Source of the DNA: an uncultured Solirubrobacterales bacterium
Lineage (GTDB): Bacteria > Actinomycetota > Thermoleophilia > Solirubrobacterales > 70-9
Direction of reading: 5' to 3'
Assembly: GCA_963699215.1 (NCBI GenBank)
Contig: OY969422.1
Span: 723,536 to 787,535, forward strand
DNA length: 64,000 bases
The position numbers and the translations under genes are program-made. The notes beneath the pieces are model-generated. The model was not told where the DNA came from, ran no database searches, and saw only the letters and a program-made list of their open reading frames with translations. This document shows positions 46,621 through 58,012 of this stretch, one piece after another. Position 1 is the stretch's first letter, and each line of letters begins with the position of its first letter.

Positions 46621-49414
46621 CCGCTCGAGCAGGAAGACGAAGGACTCGTACGGCTCGCCGGTGGCGCGGCTCGAGGCCGATCTCGCAGGTGCGGTTGCTG
46701 CAGAGATGGGCATCGAAGCTGCGCCCGGCCAGCTCGGATGCCTGCTCGGCCGTCGCCGCCGCAGTCAGCTCGGGATGCGAGATGCCGCGATCGCCGGCGA
46801 AGCCGCAGCAGGTGGCGGAGGGAGCGACGTAGACGTCCTCGGCGAGGGCGCCGGCGAGCGAGCGCAGCCGCGAGGCGAGGCCCATCTGGCGGGTCGCGCA
46901 GGTCGGGTGGACGGTGGCGGAGCCGACCCTGCGCGAGATCTCCAGCTGCGGCAGCAGGCGGTCGTGCGCCCAGGCGACCGAGTCGAGGATCTTCAGCTCG
47001 GTGCGGCGGGCGGCGTTCTCCTCGTCGAGCACTCCTTCGCCCGGCTCGGCGAGCGCGTGGGTGCAGGAAGCGGCGTCGATCACCACCGGCAGCTCCCCCT
47101 CCCCGCTCCAGTCCCAGAGCCGCTCGACCATCTCGTTCGCCTTGTGCCGGTGGGCAGCGGAGAAGCCTTTCGAGCTCCAGGGCAACCCGCAGCAGCTGCC
47201 CGCGACCTCGTCCGGGATCCAAACCGGCATCCCCGCCCGGGCCGAGACCTCGACCATCGCCTCGGCCAGCCCACCGGCGGGCGAGGCGAAGATGCGGTTG
47301 GTGCAGGCTAGGGACGTAGACGGCGCTCGCGCGCTCGCGGGTCGTCGCCGGCATGCGCGCGCTCGCCGCCGTGGGCAGTCCAGCGCCCCGCTTGGTACGG
47401 CGCGCCAGCGGGGCGCCGATCCGCAGCGCCGCCCGTGAGGCGCCTTCGACCGCACCCCAGCTCTTCGCCCCGCGCAGCGCCAGCGCTTCGGCCCGCGGCG
47501 CGTGGCGCTCGGCTCGCAGCTCCTTGACCAGCTCGCCGGTGTCGATCCCGAGCGGGCAGGCGAGGCGGCAGGAGCCGTCGGCGGCACAGGTATCGAGCCC
47601 GTCGTAGTCGTACTCCTCCTCCAGCGCCCGCCTCAACGGGGAGTCCTGCGGCTGGCGGGCGATCTCGCGCCGCAGGACGATCCGCTGACGCGGAGTGGTG
47701 GTCAGGTTGCGACTCGGACAGACCGGCTCGCAGAAGCCGCACTCGACGCAGGTGCGTCGCCGACTCCTCCTCGATCGTCGGGCATCGTTTTCAGGTTGCG
47801 CAGGTGGACCCCGGGGTCGCGGTTGAGGACGACGCCGGGGGCGAGCACGCCGTCGGGGTCGGCGAGCTGCTTCACCCTCCACATCAGCGCGGTCGCCTTC
47901 TCCCCCCACTCACGCTCGACGTAGGGCGCCATGTTGATGCCGGTGCCGTGCTCGGCCTTGAGCGAGCCGTCGTACTTGCCGACGATCAGCTCGACCAGCT
48001 TCGCCATGAACGACTCGTAGCGCTCCAAGTCCTCCTGCTTGGCGAAGTCGGGGGTGAGCATGAAGTGCAGGTTGCCGGCGGAGGCGTGGCCGGCGACCCC
48101 GGGCAGGAAGCCGTGCTCGCCGAGCAGCGCCTGCAGGTCGCGGGCGCCCTCGGCGATCCGCTCGGGCGGCACGCAGACGTCCTCGACGATCAGCGCCGTG
48201 CCCGGCAGCCGCAGCCGCCCGACCAAGCCGTGCAGGCCCTCGCGCACGCGCCAGGCCAGCTCGACCTCCTCGGCGTCGCGGGTGAACTCGATCGGCCGGA
48301 TCGTCTCCTGGCCGGCGAGGATCTCCTTCGCCCTGCCGACGTAGGAATCCAGCTCGGCGTCGGAGGTGGCGCCGAACTCGACCAGCAGCACCGCCGACTC
48401 CGGCGGCAGCTCTTTCCACTCCTGCGGCGCGCCGACCATGTTCCAGGCCGCAGTGATCAGCGCCGGGGCGACCATCAGCTCGACCGCGGTGGCGCCGCAA
48501 TCGACCAGGTCGCGGACCGGGGCGATCGCCGCGTCGATGCCCGGGAAGTGGATCCAGGCGGTGGTGGTGCGGGCGGGCAGCGGCACCGTCTCGAAGACCG
48601 CCTCGGCGACGAAGGCGAGCGTCCCCTCCGAGCCGACGAGGAGGCGGCGGAAGATCTCCAGCGGCTCGTCGGCGTCGAGGAAGGCGCAGAGCCGGTAGCC
48701 GGTCGTGTTCTTGATCGCGAACTTGCGGCGGATGCGCTCGCTCAGCTCGGCGTCGGCGCGGATCTCGTCGCGGATCGCAGCGAGGCCGACGGCGAGCTCC
48801 GGCTCCTCGGCGGCAAAGCGCTCGGCGGCACCGGGCGCGGCCGTGTCGATCGTCGTCCCAGAGGGCAGCGCGAAGGTCAGCGAGCGCACGGTGGAGTAGG
48901 AGTCGTGAGTCGTGCCGCAGCGCATCCCGCCCGAGTTGTTGGCGATCACGCCGCCGACCGTGGCGATGTCGGTGCTGGCCGGGTCGGGGCCGAGCTTGCG
49001 CCCGTGCGGGGCAAGGACGCGGTTGGCGTGGCCGAGCACGGTGCCGGGCTTGACCCGAGCGAGCGCCCCCTCGTCCTCGACCGCGACGCCGCCGAAATGA
49101 CGGCGCACGTCGACCAGGATGCCGTCGCTCTGCCCCTGCCCGTTGAGGCTGGTGCCGCCGCCGCGGAAGACGACGGGGATGCCGTTGGCGCGACCGTAGG
49201 CGAGGGTCTGGGCGACGTCGGAGGCGTCGTACGCCATGACGACGGCGCGCGGCAGCAGCCGGTAGGGGCTGGCGTCGGAGGCGTAGCGGACGATGTCGCT
49301 GGCCCGGCCCATCACCCGGTCCGCGCCGAGCAGCCGCTCCAGCTCGCCACGCAGCGGCTGCGGCGTCCCGGCCGCTAGCGAGTCGGGGGCGCGGTCGGGT
49401 GCGGCGACGGTCAT
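46603..49414 (-). CDS. FAD-binding oxidase fused to an Fe-S / CCG-domain module (D-lactate or glycolate dehydrogenase-like), with at least three frame breaks as assembled
   Basis: FAD domain VVFRGGGTSLNGQ; ferredoxin motif CVECGFCEPVCPS; CCG motifs SCCGLPW and CCGFAGDRG. The pieces lie in track ORFs 47702..49414, 46617..47909 and 46610..47587, plus a last segment ATGEPYESFVFLLERL. Breaks lie near 47740-47790, 47303-47315 and 46661-46675. Confidence 0.8.
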
Positions 49415-49415
49415 C

Positions 49416-51014
49416 TCAGAACAGTGACATTCCCGGCTGAACCGGGACTTCGACCAGCTCCGGCCGCGACGAGGCGAGCGCCGCGGTCAGCGCGTCGCGC
49501 ACCTCGTCGCGATCGTTGGCCACGCGGGTCGAGACGCCGTAGCCGGCGGCGACCGCGGCGACGTCGAGGCCGGGCAGGTCGAGGCCGGGCGCCCCCTGCA
49601 CCGACTCGACTTCGGCGAACCACTTGAGGATCGCGTACTCGGAGTTACGCATGACGAGGAAGGTGACCGGCACCCCGTACGCGACCGCGCTCCAGAAGGC
49701 GGTGACCGCGTACTGGACCGAGCCCTCGCCGATCACGCAGACGACGGGCCGGTCGGGCTGGGCCAGCTGGACGCCGATCGAGGCGGAGAGGCCGAAGCCG
49801 AGCCCGCCGCCGGCGCTGAAGTAGTAGCTGCCGGGCCGCGAGAGGCGCAGCTGGTTGCGCAACGCCAGGGTGCTGGCCGGCGACTCGATCACGATGATGC
49901 CGTCCTCGGGAAGGATCTCGGCGAGCACCGAGTGCACGGTGGACGAGTTGAGCGGATTCTCCGGGGGGATTTCGGTCGGGCCGGGGTTCGGCTCCGGCGC
50001 CGGCCGCGAGGCCTCCGGCACGGCCTCGAGCAGCGCCTCCAGGCTGAGCTTCACGTCGGCGACGATCGCGTCGCCCATCGGCGCACGGGCGGCCTCGTCG
50101 GGATCGCTGGTGATCGCCACCAGCGTCGCGCCCTCGGGTAGCAGCGGGCCGGGTATGTAGGGGTAGTAAGGAAAGACCGAGCTGCCGACGACGAGAATCA
50201 GGTCGTGGTCCTCCAGCGTCTGGGCGATCGGTCCGATCGCCGGCGGCAGGACGCCACGAAAGTTGGGATGGCCCTCGGGAAAGCCGATCTTGCCGCCACC
50301 CGGCGCCGGCGTCGCCCAGACCGGCAGGCGCTGCCGCTCGGCCAGTGCCACCGCCGCATCCCAGCCGCCGCTAGCGTCGATGTCGGGGCCGGCGACGAAG
50401 ACGGGGTTCGCGGCCGCGTCGAGCCGCTCGGCCAGAGCTCGAACCGCTTCCGGGGCGGCGACGGTGCGTCCGGTCACCGTGCGGTCGATCGCCGCCCGCG
50501 CGTCGGCCTCGTCGACCTCGGCCTCCCAGTCGTCCATCGGCAGCGAGACGAAGACGGGACCCCGCGGCGGCAGCGAGGCGAGGTGGGCGCCGTGAGCGAG
50601 GGCGAGCGGCACGTCCTCGGCTCGCGGCGGCTCGTAGGCCCACTTGACCAGCGGGTGGGGCATGCGGATCGCATCCCGATTGGTCAGGTTGGCCTGCAGG
50701 GTCATCTGCGCCCGCGCCTGCTGGCCGGCGGTGACCAGGAGCGGCGAGTGGTTGGCCTGCGCGTTGAAGATCGCGCCCATCGCGTTGCCCACCCCCGGCG
50801 CGGTGTGGAGGTTGGCGATCGCGGTGCGGCCGGACGCCTGCGCGTAGCCGTCCGCCATCCCGACCACGACCGCCTCGTGCAGCCCGAGCACGTAGCGAAA
50901 ATCGCCCGGGAAATCGGCCAGCATCGGCAGCTCGGTAGAGCCAGGGTTGCCGAAAATAGTCGTCATTCCCTGAGCGCGAAAGAGATCGAAGCTGGCGTCG
51001 CGGACGGTCGGCAT
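49416..51014 (-). CDS. mdlC: Benzoylformate decarboxylase-like thiamine-diphosphate enzyme
   Basis: The N-terminus FDLFRAQGMTTIFGNPGSTELPMLADFPGDFRYVLGLHEAVVVGMADGYAQASGR closely parallels MdlC. TPP-binding region GEGSVQY. Confidence 0.75.
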   Translation of the reverse strand: MPTVRDASFDLFRAQGMTTIFGNPGSTELPMLADFPGDFRYVLGLHEAVVVGMADGYAQASGRTAIANLHTAPGVGNAMGAIFNAQANHSPLLVTAGQQARAQMTLQANLTNRDAIRMPHPLVKWAYEPPRAEDVPLALAHGAHLASLPPRGPVFVSLPMDDWEAEVDEADARAAIDRTVTGRTVAAPEAVRALAERLDAAANPVFVAGPDIDASGGWDAAVALAERQRLPVWATPAPGGGKIGFPEGHPNFRGVLPPAIGPIAQTLEDHDLILVVGSSVFPYYPYIPGPLLPEGATLVAITSDPDEAARAPMGDAIVADVKLSLEALLEAVPEASRPAPEPNPGPTEIPPENPLNSSTVHSVLAEILPEDGIIVIESPASTLALRNQLRLSRPGSYYFSAGGGLGFGLSASIGVQLAQPDRPVVCVIGEGSVQYAVTAFWSAVAYGVPVTFLVMRNSEYAILKWFAEVESVQGAPGLDLPGLDVAAVAAGYGVSTRVANDRDEVRDALTAALASSRPELVEVPVQPGMSLF

Positions 51015-51028
51015 GCCGGGACCCTACT

Positions 51029-51820
51029 TTGCGGGGCTCAAGCAGGGCGGGTGCGTCTGTCGATAACGGCCGAGTGCCAAGGAAGACCGACAACGCTCGA
51101 GGGCGATCGCGGGCCGGCCGCTCGTTGCTCGCCGCCGTGGCGGCGGCGCTGCTCGCCTGCTGGGCAGCCGCGCCTGTGAGCGGCGCGCCCCTTCCAACCC
51201 GGTTCGCCTACGCGACCGGTGAGATCGTCCCGATCCCAGCCTCGATCCCGCATGAAGAGGGCGACGAGGTCGACAAGCGGATCGTCCCCAACCTGCGCTG
51301 GATCGCCCAGAGGTTTCCGATCTACGTCACCGACGGCTACTCGGGGCCGCTCCCCGACGGAACCCACGTCGGCTGTCACGGCTGCCACGTCAAGCACTCC
51401 GACCACTACAACGGGCTCGCGGTGGACATCGTGGCGCTGAACGGAACGGGCGGCTGCGACGCCGCTTGGCGCGGCATCACCCGCCTCGCTCACTGGGCCG
51501 AGCCGCTCCAGAACCGCCCCCGGCCGCCCTTCCGCTGGGTCGGCTACGACGGCGACGCCGGCCACGGCTGCGGTCACCACCTCCACCTCTCCTGGGAACA
51601 CGCGATCGCGCCGATGTTTCAGCTGGCCGAATGGGTCGAGGTCTTCCCGGTCAGCCTCCAGGGCGTTTCCCAGCAGCCCCAGCCCAGCGGCGACCCGTCG
51701 GGGCTCAAGCCTCCCAAGGGCCCGCAGGGCGGCAGCGAGCCCGGCGCCACCTACGAGCAGGGCCCACGCGGCGGCGTCTCGGCGGTCGAGCCCGGCGGCG
51801 TCTCCCCCCGCGGCGACTGA
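51029..51820 (+). CDS. Secreted zinc peptidase-like protein (M15 / Hedgehog-DD-peptidase fold suspected)
   Basis: Signal peptide LLAAVAAALLACWAAAPVSG. HSDHYNGLAVD and GHHLHLSW resemble the HxxxxxxD...H zinc ligand pattern. The start is uncertain. Confidence 0.5.
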   Translation: MRGSSRAGASVDNGRVPRKTDNARGRSRAGRSLLAAVAAALLACWAAAPVSGAPLPTRFAYATGEIVPIPASIPHEEGDEVDKRIVPNLRWIAQRFPIYVTDGYSGPLPDGTHVGCHGCHVKHSDHYNGLAVDIVALNGTGGCDAAWRGITRLAHWAEPLQNRPRPPFRWVGYDGDAGHGCGHHLHLSWEHAIAPMFQLAEWVEVFPVSLQGVSQQPQPSGDPSGLKPPKGPQGGSEPGATYEQGPRGGVSAVEPGGVSPRGD

Positions 51821-51894
51821 GCCCAGGGGACGTGCCGCGAGTTGAGTACCCATAGTGGCCTCTAACTAGCGGCACGTCCATAGGATGCGGGGGG

Positions 51895-52368
51895 ATGTGC
51901 CGCTCGCCTCTGATTGCTCTGCTTGCGCCGCTGGCGCTGCTCGTCGCCAGCTGCGGGAGTACTGACGACTCGACTCCGGTTGCGTGCCTCGAAGGGGCCC
52001 CGACCTACCTACGAGCACTCGGCGATGCCCCCGACACGGTCGAGCTGGGTGGATCGGCGCCGATCTCCGAGTGCCTCGCGAAGAACCAGGCCGGCGGCGA
52101 GCTAGCCGAGGTCGGCGCGGCGATGCTGGCGACGGCGACCGGGCTCAACGCCGCGGCCCGCGCCAATCCCGGCGGCGACGCCAACCTCCAACTCGGCTAC
52201 CTCATCGGGGCCGCCCAGCGCGGCGCCGATGAGACCGAAGGGATCCACGCCGAGCTGGTTCGCCGCCTCGCCGCCGCTGCCCGCTACAGCCCCGACAACC
52301 GGCCCCTGCCGCCGGCCTTTCGCCGCACCTACCGCGAAGGCTTCGACGCCGGCCGCACTCGCGGCTGA
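51895..52368 (+). CDS. Hypothetical lipoprotein
   Basis: Lipobox LLVASC after a hydrophobic leader. Confidence 0.55.
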   Translation: MCRSPLIALLAPLALLVASCGSTDDSTPVACLEGAPTYLRALGDAPDTVELGGSAPISECLAKNQAGGELAEVGAAMLATATGLNAAARANPGGDANLQLGYLIGAAQRGADETEGIHAELVRRLAAAARYSPDNRPLPPAFRRTYREGFDAGRTRG

Positions 52369-52408
52369 ATACGCTGCCAGGTCCAACTATCTTCGACGGA
52401 GGAACAAC

Positions 52409-53719
<1,311 letters not shown>

Positions 53720-53722
<3 letters not shown>

Positions 53723-53824
53723 GGATCAGGAGTCCCTCCCGCGGAGGCTCAAGGGACCACGCCTGAACCCTCCGCCCGCGATCAGCTGCGCAACGGTCTC
53801 CGCGGGAGGGACTCCTGATCCTTA
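53720..53824. repeat. Structured palindromic element, family B copy 2 (opposite orientation)
   Basis: TAAGGATCAGGAGTCCCTCCCGCGGAG / CTCCGCGGGAGGGACTCCTGATCCTTA. The arms contain the stop codons of both convergent genes. The reverse complement of the core matches the 42459-42507 core. Confidence 0.8.
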
Positions 53825-55267
53825 CCCCTGAAGCGTTATGAAGCGCTCCTCCGTTAGCTCTAGGACTGCGAAAGCGGGACCCTCGCGGGTGTTGCCGGAG
53901 TCCTTGACGCCGCCGTAGGGCATCTGGTCGGCGCGGAAGGTCGGGACCTCGTTGATCAGGACGCCGCCAAACTCGAGCGTCGCGGCCGCCTCTAATCCGC
54001 GACCCATGTCGCGGGTGAAGACGCCGGCCTGAAGGCCGAACTTGGAGTCGTTCGCCAGCCGCAGCGCCTCGCCGAAGTCCGCGTAGCGATCGATCGTCGC
54101 CACCGGGCCGAAGACCTCCTCGCACCAGACCTTGGCCTCGCGCGGTGGGGCGCCGAGCAGGGTCGGAGCGAGGCAGCGTCCCTCGTCGACCAGCTCGCCC
54201 CCGGTCAGCAGCTCGGCCCCGCCGGCGACCGCCTCGTCGATCCACTGCTTGACCCGGTCGCGGTCACTGGGCGAGATCAGCGGCCCGACGTCGGTCTCGG
54301 GGTCGAGCGGGTCGCCGACCCGAAGGCTCCCGGTGTTGGCGACGAGGCGCTCGGTGAAGGCGTCGGCGACGTCCTCGTGGACGAGGATCCGCTGGATCGA
54401 GATGCAGCTCTGCCCCGCGTGGGAGAAGGCGTGCAGCTTGGCTTTGTCGGCCGCGATCTCCCAGTCGCCATCGGAGTGGACGATCAGCGGCGCGTTGGAG
54501 CCCAGCTCGAGGTTGACCTTCTTGTGCGGGACGCGGCTGCGGATCCCCCAGCCGACCTTGGCCGAGCCGGTGAAGCTGAGCGCCCCGGTCAGCTCGTGCT
54601 CGACGATCGCGTTGCCGACCTCCGAGCCCGGGCCCGGGACGACGCTGAGCCAGCCCTGCGGCAGGCCCGCCTCGACCAGGATCGCGGCCAGCTTCAGCGC
54701 TGAGATCGGCGTCTGCCCGGCTGGCTTGAGGACGACCGCGTTGCCGGCGGCAATCGCCGGGCCGAGCTTGTGCGCAACCAGATTGAGCGGGAAGTTGAAG
54801 GGGCTGATCGCGCCGACGACGCCGAAGGGGACGCGCAACATCACGCCGAGCTTGCCGGCGCCGGCCGCCGATGCCTCCATCGGCACCGTGCCGCCGCTCA
54901 GCTTGCGCGCCTCGACCGCGGAGAAGGTGAGCGTGTCGACGCAGCGGGCGGCCTCCGCCTGCGCGGTCTTCAGCGGCTTGCCCGCCTCAGCGGCGATCGT
55001 CAGCGCCAGATCGTCGAGCCGCTCAGCGGTCAGCTCGGCGGCCTGGTCGAGCACCGCTGCCCGCTCGTGCTGAGGGAAGTCGCCCGACTCGAAGGCGGCA
55101 CGGGCAGCAATCGCACAGCGGTCCACGAGCCCTGCGTCGCCCTGCGCGACCCGGCCGACGACGGTGCCGTCATACGGGCTCTTTACCTCAGCCCACTCGC
55201 CCGTCCCGGTCCACTCGCCAGCGGCGAGGAGCTCGTGGTCGACCGCTTGCACCGTCTGCGTCGCCAT
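53822..55267 (-). CDS. NAD(P)-dependent aldehyde dehydrogenase
   Basis: 481 aa; FTGSAKVG, ELGSNAP and the catalytic GQSCISIQR. Confidence 0.9.
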   Translation of the reverse strand: MATQTVQAVDHELLAAGEWTGTGEWAEVKSPYDGTVVGRVAQGDAGLVDRCAIAARAAFESGDFPQHERAAVLDQAAELTAERLDDLALTIAAEAGKPLKTAQAEAARCVDTLTFSAVEARKLSGGTVPMEASAAGAGKLGVMLRVPFGVVGAISPFNFPLNLVAHKLGPAIAAGNAVVLKPAGQTPISALKLAAILVEAGLPQGWLSVVPGPGSEVGNAIVEHELTGALSFTGSAKVGWGIRSRVPHKKVNLELGSNAPLIVHSDGDWEIAADKAKLHAFSHAGQSCISIQRILVHEDVADAFTERLVANTGSLRVGDPLDPETDVGPLISPSDRDRVKQWIDEAVAGGAELLTGGELVDEGRCLAPTLLGAPPREAKVWCEEVFGPVATIDRYADFGEALRLANDSKFGLQAGVFTRDMGRGLEAAATLEFGGVLINEVPTFRADQMPYGGVKDSGNTREGPAFAVLELTEERFITLQG

Positions 55268-55282
55268 TCAGCTAAGCGTAGA

Positions 55283-55411
55283 GGAGGGCAGGGGTTGCCT
55301 CGACGATGCCTCGCGAAGCGGCCCCGGCAAGGTGATTCCAGCCGCGAAGCGGCACCAGATTCCACCGCCGAAGGCGGTGGTGGGCACTCGTCGAGGCGAC
55401 CCCTGCCCTCC
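55283..55411. repeat. Structured palindromic element related to family A
   Basis: A 24-bp stem GGAGGGCAGGGGTTGCCTCGACGA / TCGTCGAGGCGACCCCTGCCCTCC with one T-G pair. The core holds three hairpins with GAA loops and shares TCGCGAAGCGGC, GGTGATT and GCGGCACCA with 32721-32775. Confidence 0.7.
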
Positions 55412-55418
55412 CCAATGC

Positions 55419-56408
55419 TCAGCCGTCGGCGTAAGGCTGAATCGGAATGCCGTGGTCGGTCTCGCGCATCCCCAGCTCATAGGCCGCGCCGGCGGCGAGG
55501 GAGAGCCGCAGCGGCGGCACGGCGGGTCGTTCGACCGTCAGCTCGAGATCGGAGACAGAGCAGTTGACCGTGTTGTGCTCGGGCCCCTTGGGGTCGGCGT
55601 AGATCCAGCCGACGAAGTCCTTCCGTGGCGCCGAGACCTTGCCGCGGACGACGATTTCCTTGCCCGGGAGGACGAAGGAGCACTCGCCGGCGGACTCGAC
55701 GATCGTCGCCTTGCGGATCTGGCCGAACCCACCCAGACGGTGGGCCTTGCCTTCGAGCATCAGCATCCCGGACGGGATCCAGGGGGTCTTCCAGGGACCC
55801 AGCTTGATCCGGGCGGCGCCAGCGTCGAAGTAGGTGCCGGGGGAGCCGTCGAAGCCGGTGCCCTCCAGCCAGACCCAGCGCTCGGCGTGCTCGGTGCCCC
55901 AGTTGTGGCCGATCATCCCTGGCCAGCCCTCGAGCTCGATCGTCTCGCCGCCGATCTCGAGACGGCCGTCGAAGCGCGCGTTCGGGAAGGGGGCGACGAA
56001 CTTGGTTTTCGGCAGCCGCGTCTCGTAGAGGCGGTCCGATGGCAGGTACTTGCAGGGCTCGGCGTCGCCGGAGAAGCTCAGCTCCCACGACGCTTGGAGC
56101 GTGTCGGTCGCGATCCCTCCGCTGGCCCTGCCGGGGCCGATCTCCGCGCCTGCGACGCGGATCCACGATCCGGCCGGCGTCGAGAGCTCGGCGGCCGGCA
56201 CGGTCACCTTGGTTGCCCGCGGCCCACCCGCCTCGCGGTCGAAGAGGACGAACCAGATCGAGGCTTTCGGCTCGGCCCCGGGCCGCTTGTGGACCGTGTG
56301 CCGGATCCAGACTCCCCGCCCGCCCTCGGGCTGGCAGGCCTTGATGTAGAAGCTCTCGTAGTGGCCCGCCCTGGGGGCGACCGCCGGGAACCGCGCTCCC
56401 TGGTCCAT
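55419..56408 (-). CDS. Hypothetical 329-aa protein (beta-rich; no family recognised with confidence)
   Basis: Clean ORF with protein-like composition. I see no motif I can name. Confidence 0.55.
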   Translation of the reverse strand: MDQGARFPAVAPRAGHYESFYIKACQPEGGRGVWIRHTVHKRPGAEPKASIWFVLFDREAGGPRATKVTVPAAELSTPAGSWIRVAGAEIGPGRASGGIATDTLQASWELSFSGDAEPCKYLPSDRLYETRLPKTKFVAPFPNARFDGRLEIGGETIELEGWPGMIGHNWGTEHAERWVWLEGTGFDGSPGTYFDAGAARIKLGPWKTPWIPSGMLMLEGKAHRLGGFGQIRKATIVESAGECSFVLPGKEIVVRGKVSAPRKDFVGWIYADPKGPEHNTVNCSVSDLELTVERPAVPPLRLSLAAGAAYELGMRETDHGIPIQPYADG

Positions 56409-56418
56409 GACCGGGACG

Positions 56419-57495
56419 CTACACCTTGATCGTTACCACGTCGCCGTCCTGGATCACGTAGTCGCGGCCCTCGATCCGGAGCAGCCCGCGATCGCGGGCC
56501 GGTGCGTAGCCGCCGCACTCGACCAGCTCCTGCCAGCCGATCGCCTCGGCTTTGACGAAAGCGTCCTGGATCTCGGTGTGGATCGTCCCGGCCGCCTCCC
56601 AGGCGGTGGCGCCGCGGCGCAGCGGCCGGGCGACGGCCTCCTTGTCCTCGCCGGCGGTGAAGAAGACGATCAGGTCGAGCAGGTCGTAGGCGGCGCGGAC
56701 CAGGCGGGCCAGGCCGGAGCCCTCGACCCCGTAGGACTGCGCGCATCTCCTCGGCTTCCTCCGGGTCGAGCTCCGCCAGCTCGCCCTCGATCCGGGCGCT
56801 GACCGCGACCACGCCGGCTCCGACTTCGGCGGCGTGGGCCGCGACCGCCGCGGGCGGCTCGGCGTCGCCCTCGTCGACGTTGGCGACGTAGAGGATCGGC
56901 TTCGAGGTCAGGGCCTGGAGGTTGGCCGGCCCGTGGGCGGCGGCGTCGGGGACCGTGATCGAGCGGGCCGGCTTGCCGGCGGCGAGCGCCTCGACCACCT
57001 GCTCGAGCCAGTCGCGCTCGGCGATCGCCTCGGCGTCGCCGGACTTGGCGCCTGCTTGGCGACGCGGTCGAGCCGCCGCTCGACCTGCTCGTAGTCGGAG
57101 AGGACCAGCTCGGTCTCGATCGTCTCGATGTCGGCGAGCGGGTCGACCCGGCCGTCCGGGTGGGGGACACCGGAGTCGGCGTGGCAGCGGACGACGTGGC
57201 AGATCGCGTCGGTCTCGCGGATCGAGGCGAGGAACTGGTTGCCCAGCCCCTCCCCCTCGGAGGCGCCCTTGACCAGGCCGGCGATGTCGTGGAAGGAGAT
57301 CGTCGCCGGCACCAGCTCCGAGCTGCCGACCGTCTCGGCCACCTGCTGCAGGCGCTCGTCGGGCACCTGGGCGATCGCCACGTTGGGCTCGATCGTCGTG
57401 AACGGGTAGTCGCCGGTCTGGGCGCCGCCCTTGGTCAGCGCGTTGAAGAGGGTCGACTTGCCCGCGTTGGGCAGCCCCACGATCCCGACCTTCAT
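56419..57495 (-). CDS. ychF: Ribosome-binding ATPase YchF, interrupted by two frame breaks as assembled
   Basis: MKVGIVGLPNAGKSTLFNALT; a middle segment in ORF 56204..56998 (KPILYVANVDE); and a C-terminal TGS-like end ...GRDYVIQDGDVVTIKV in the original frame. Breaks lie near 57045-57060 and 56735-56745. The total of 1077 nt is divisible by 3. Confidence 0.85.
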
Positions 57496-57986
57496 AGCGA
57501 GAGGGGGACGATCAGGCCGAGGAGGACGCCGAGCACGGCGCCGGCGAGGACGTCGGACGGGTAGTGCATCCCCAGGTAGGGCCGGCCGAGCGCGAGCGCG
57601 GCGGCGAGCAGGAAGGCCAGCGCCCCCAGCGGCTCGACCCGGGACATCGCGGTCGCGACGGCGAACGAGGAGGTGGCGTGGGCGGAGGGGAAGCTGAGCG
57701 AGCTGGGCGCACCGCCGAGCGGCGGCAGCCCCTCCAGCACCGGGCGCGGGCGCTTGGCGACCAGCTTGATCGCGTAGTTGAGCCCGATCGCGACCGGGCC
57801 AAGGGCGGCGCAGATCAGCCAGGCTTCGCGCTGGGCGCGGTCGAGCAGCGCCAGCGCGACCCCGAGTGCGACCCAGACCGCGCCGTTGTTGCCGGCCTTG
57901 CCCAACAGCCGCGCCGCGCGCTCGATCGCGGGGGAGTGCCCGCGGGTCCGCATCGCGCGCAGCAGTCTTAGGTCGGCGCTCTCCAT
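57492..57986 (-). CDS. PAP2-family phosphatase
   Basis: Motifs KRPRP, SFPSAHAT and YLGMHYPSDV. Confidence 0.8.
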   Translation of the reverse strand: MESADLRLLRAMRTRGHSPAIERAARLLGKAGNNGAVWVALGVALALLDRAQREAWLICAALGPVAIGLNYAIKLVAKRPRPVLEGLPPLGGAPSSLSFPSAHATSSFAVATAMSRVEPLGALAFLLAAALALGRPYLGMHYPSDVLAGAVLGVLLGLIVPLSL

Positions 57987-58012
57987 CGGCGGGGCAGGAT
58001 AATCCGCAGTCG

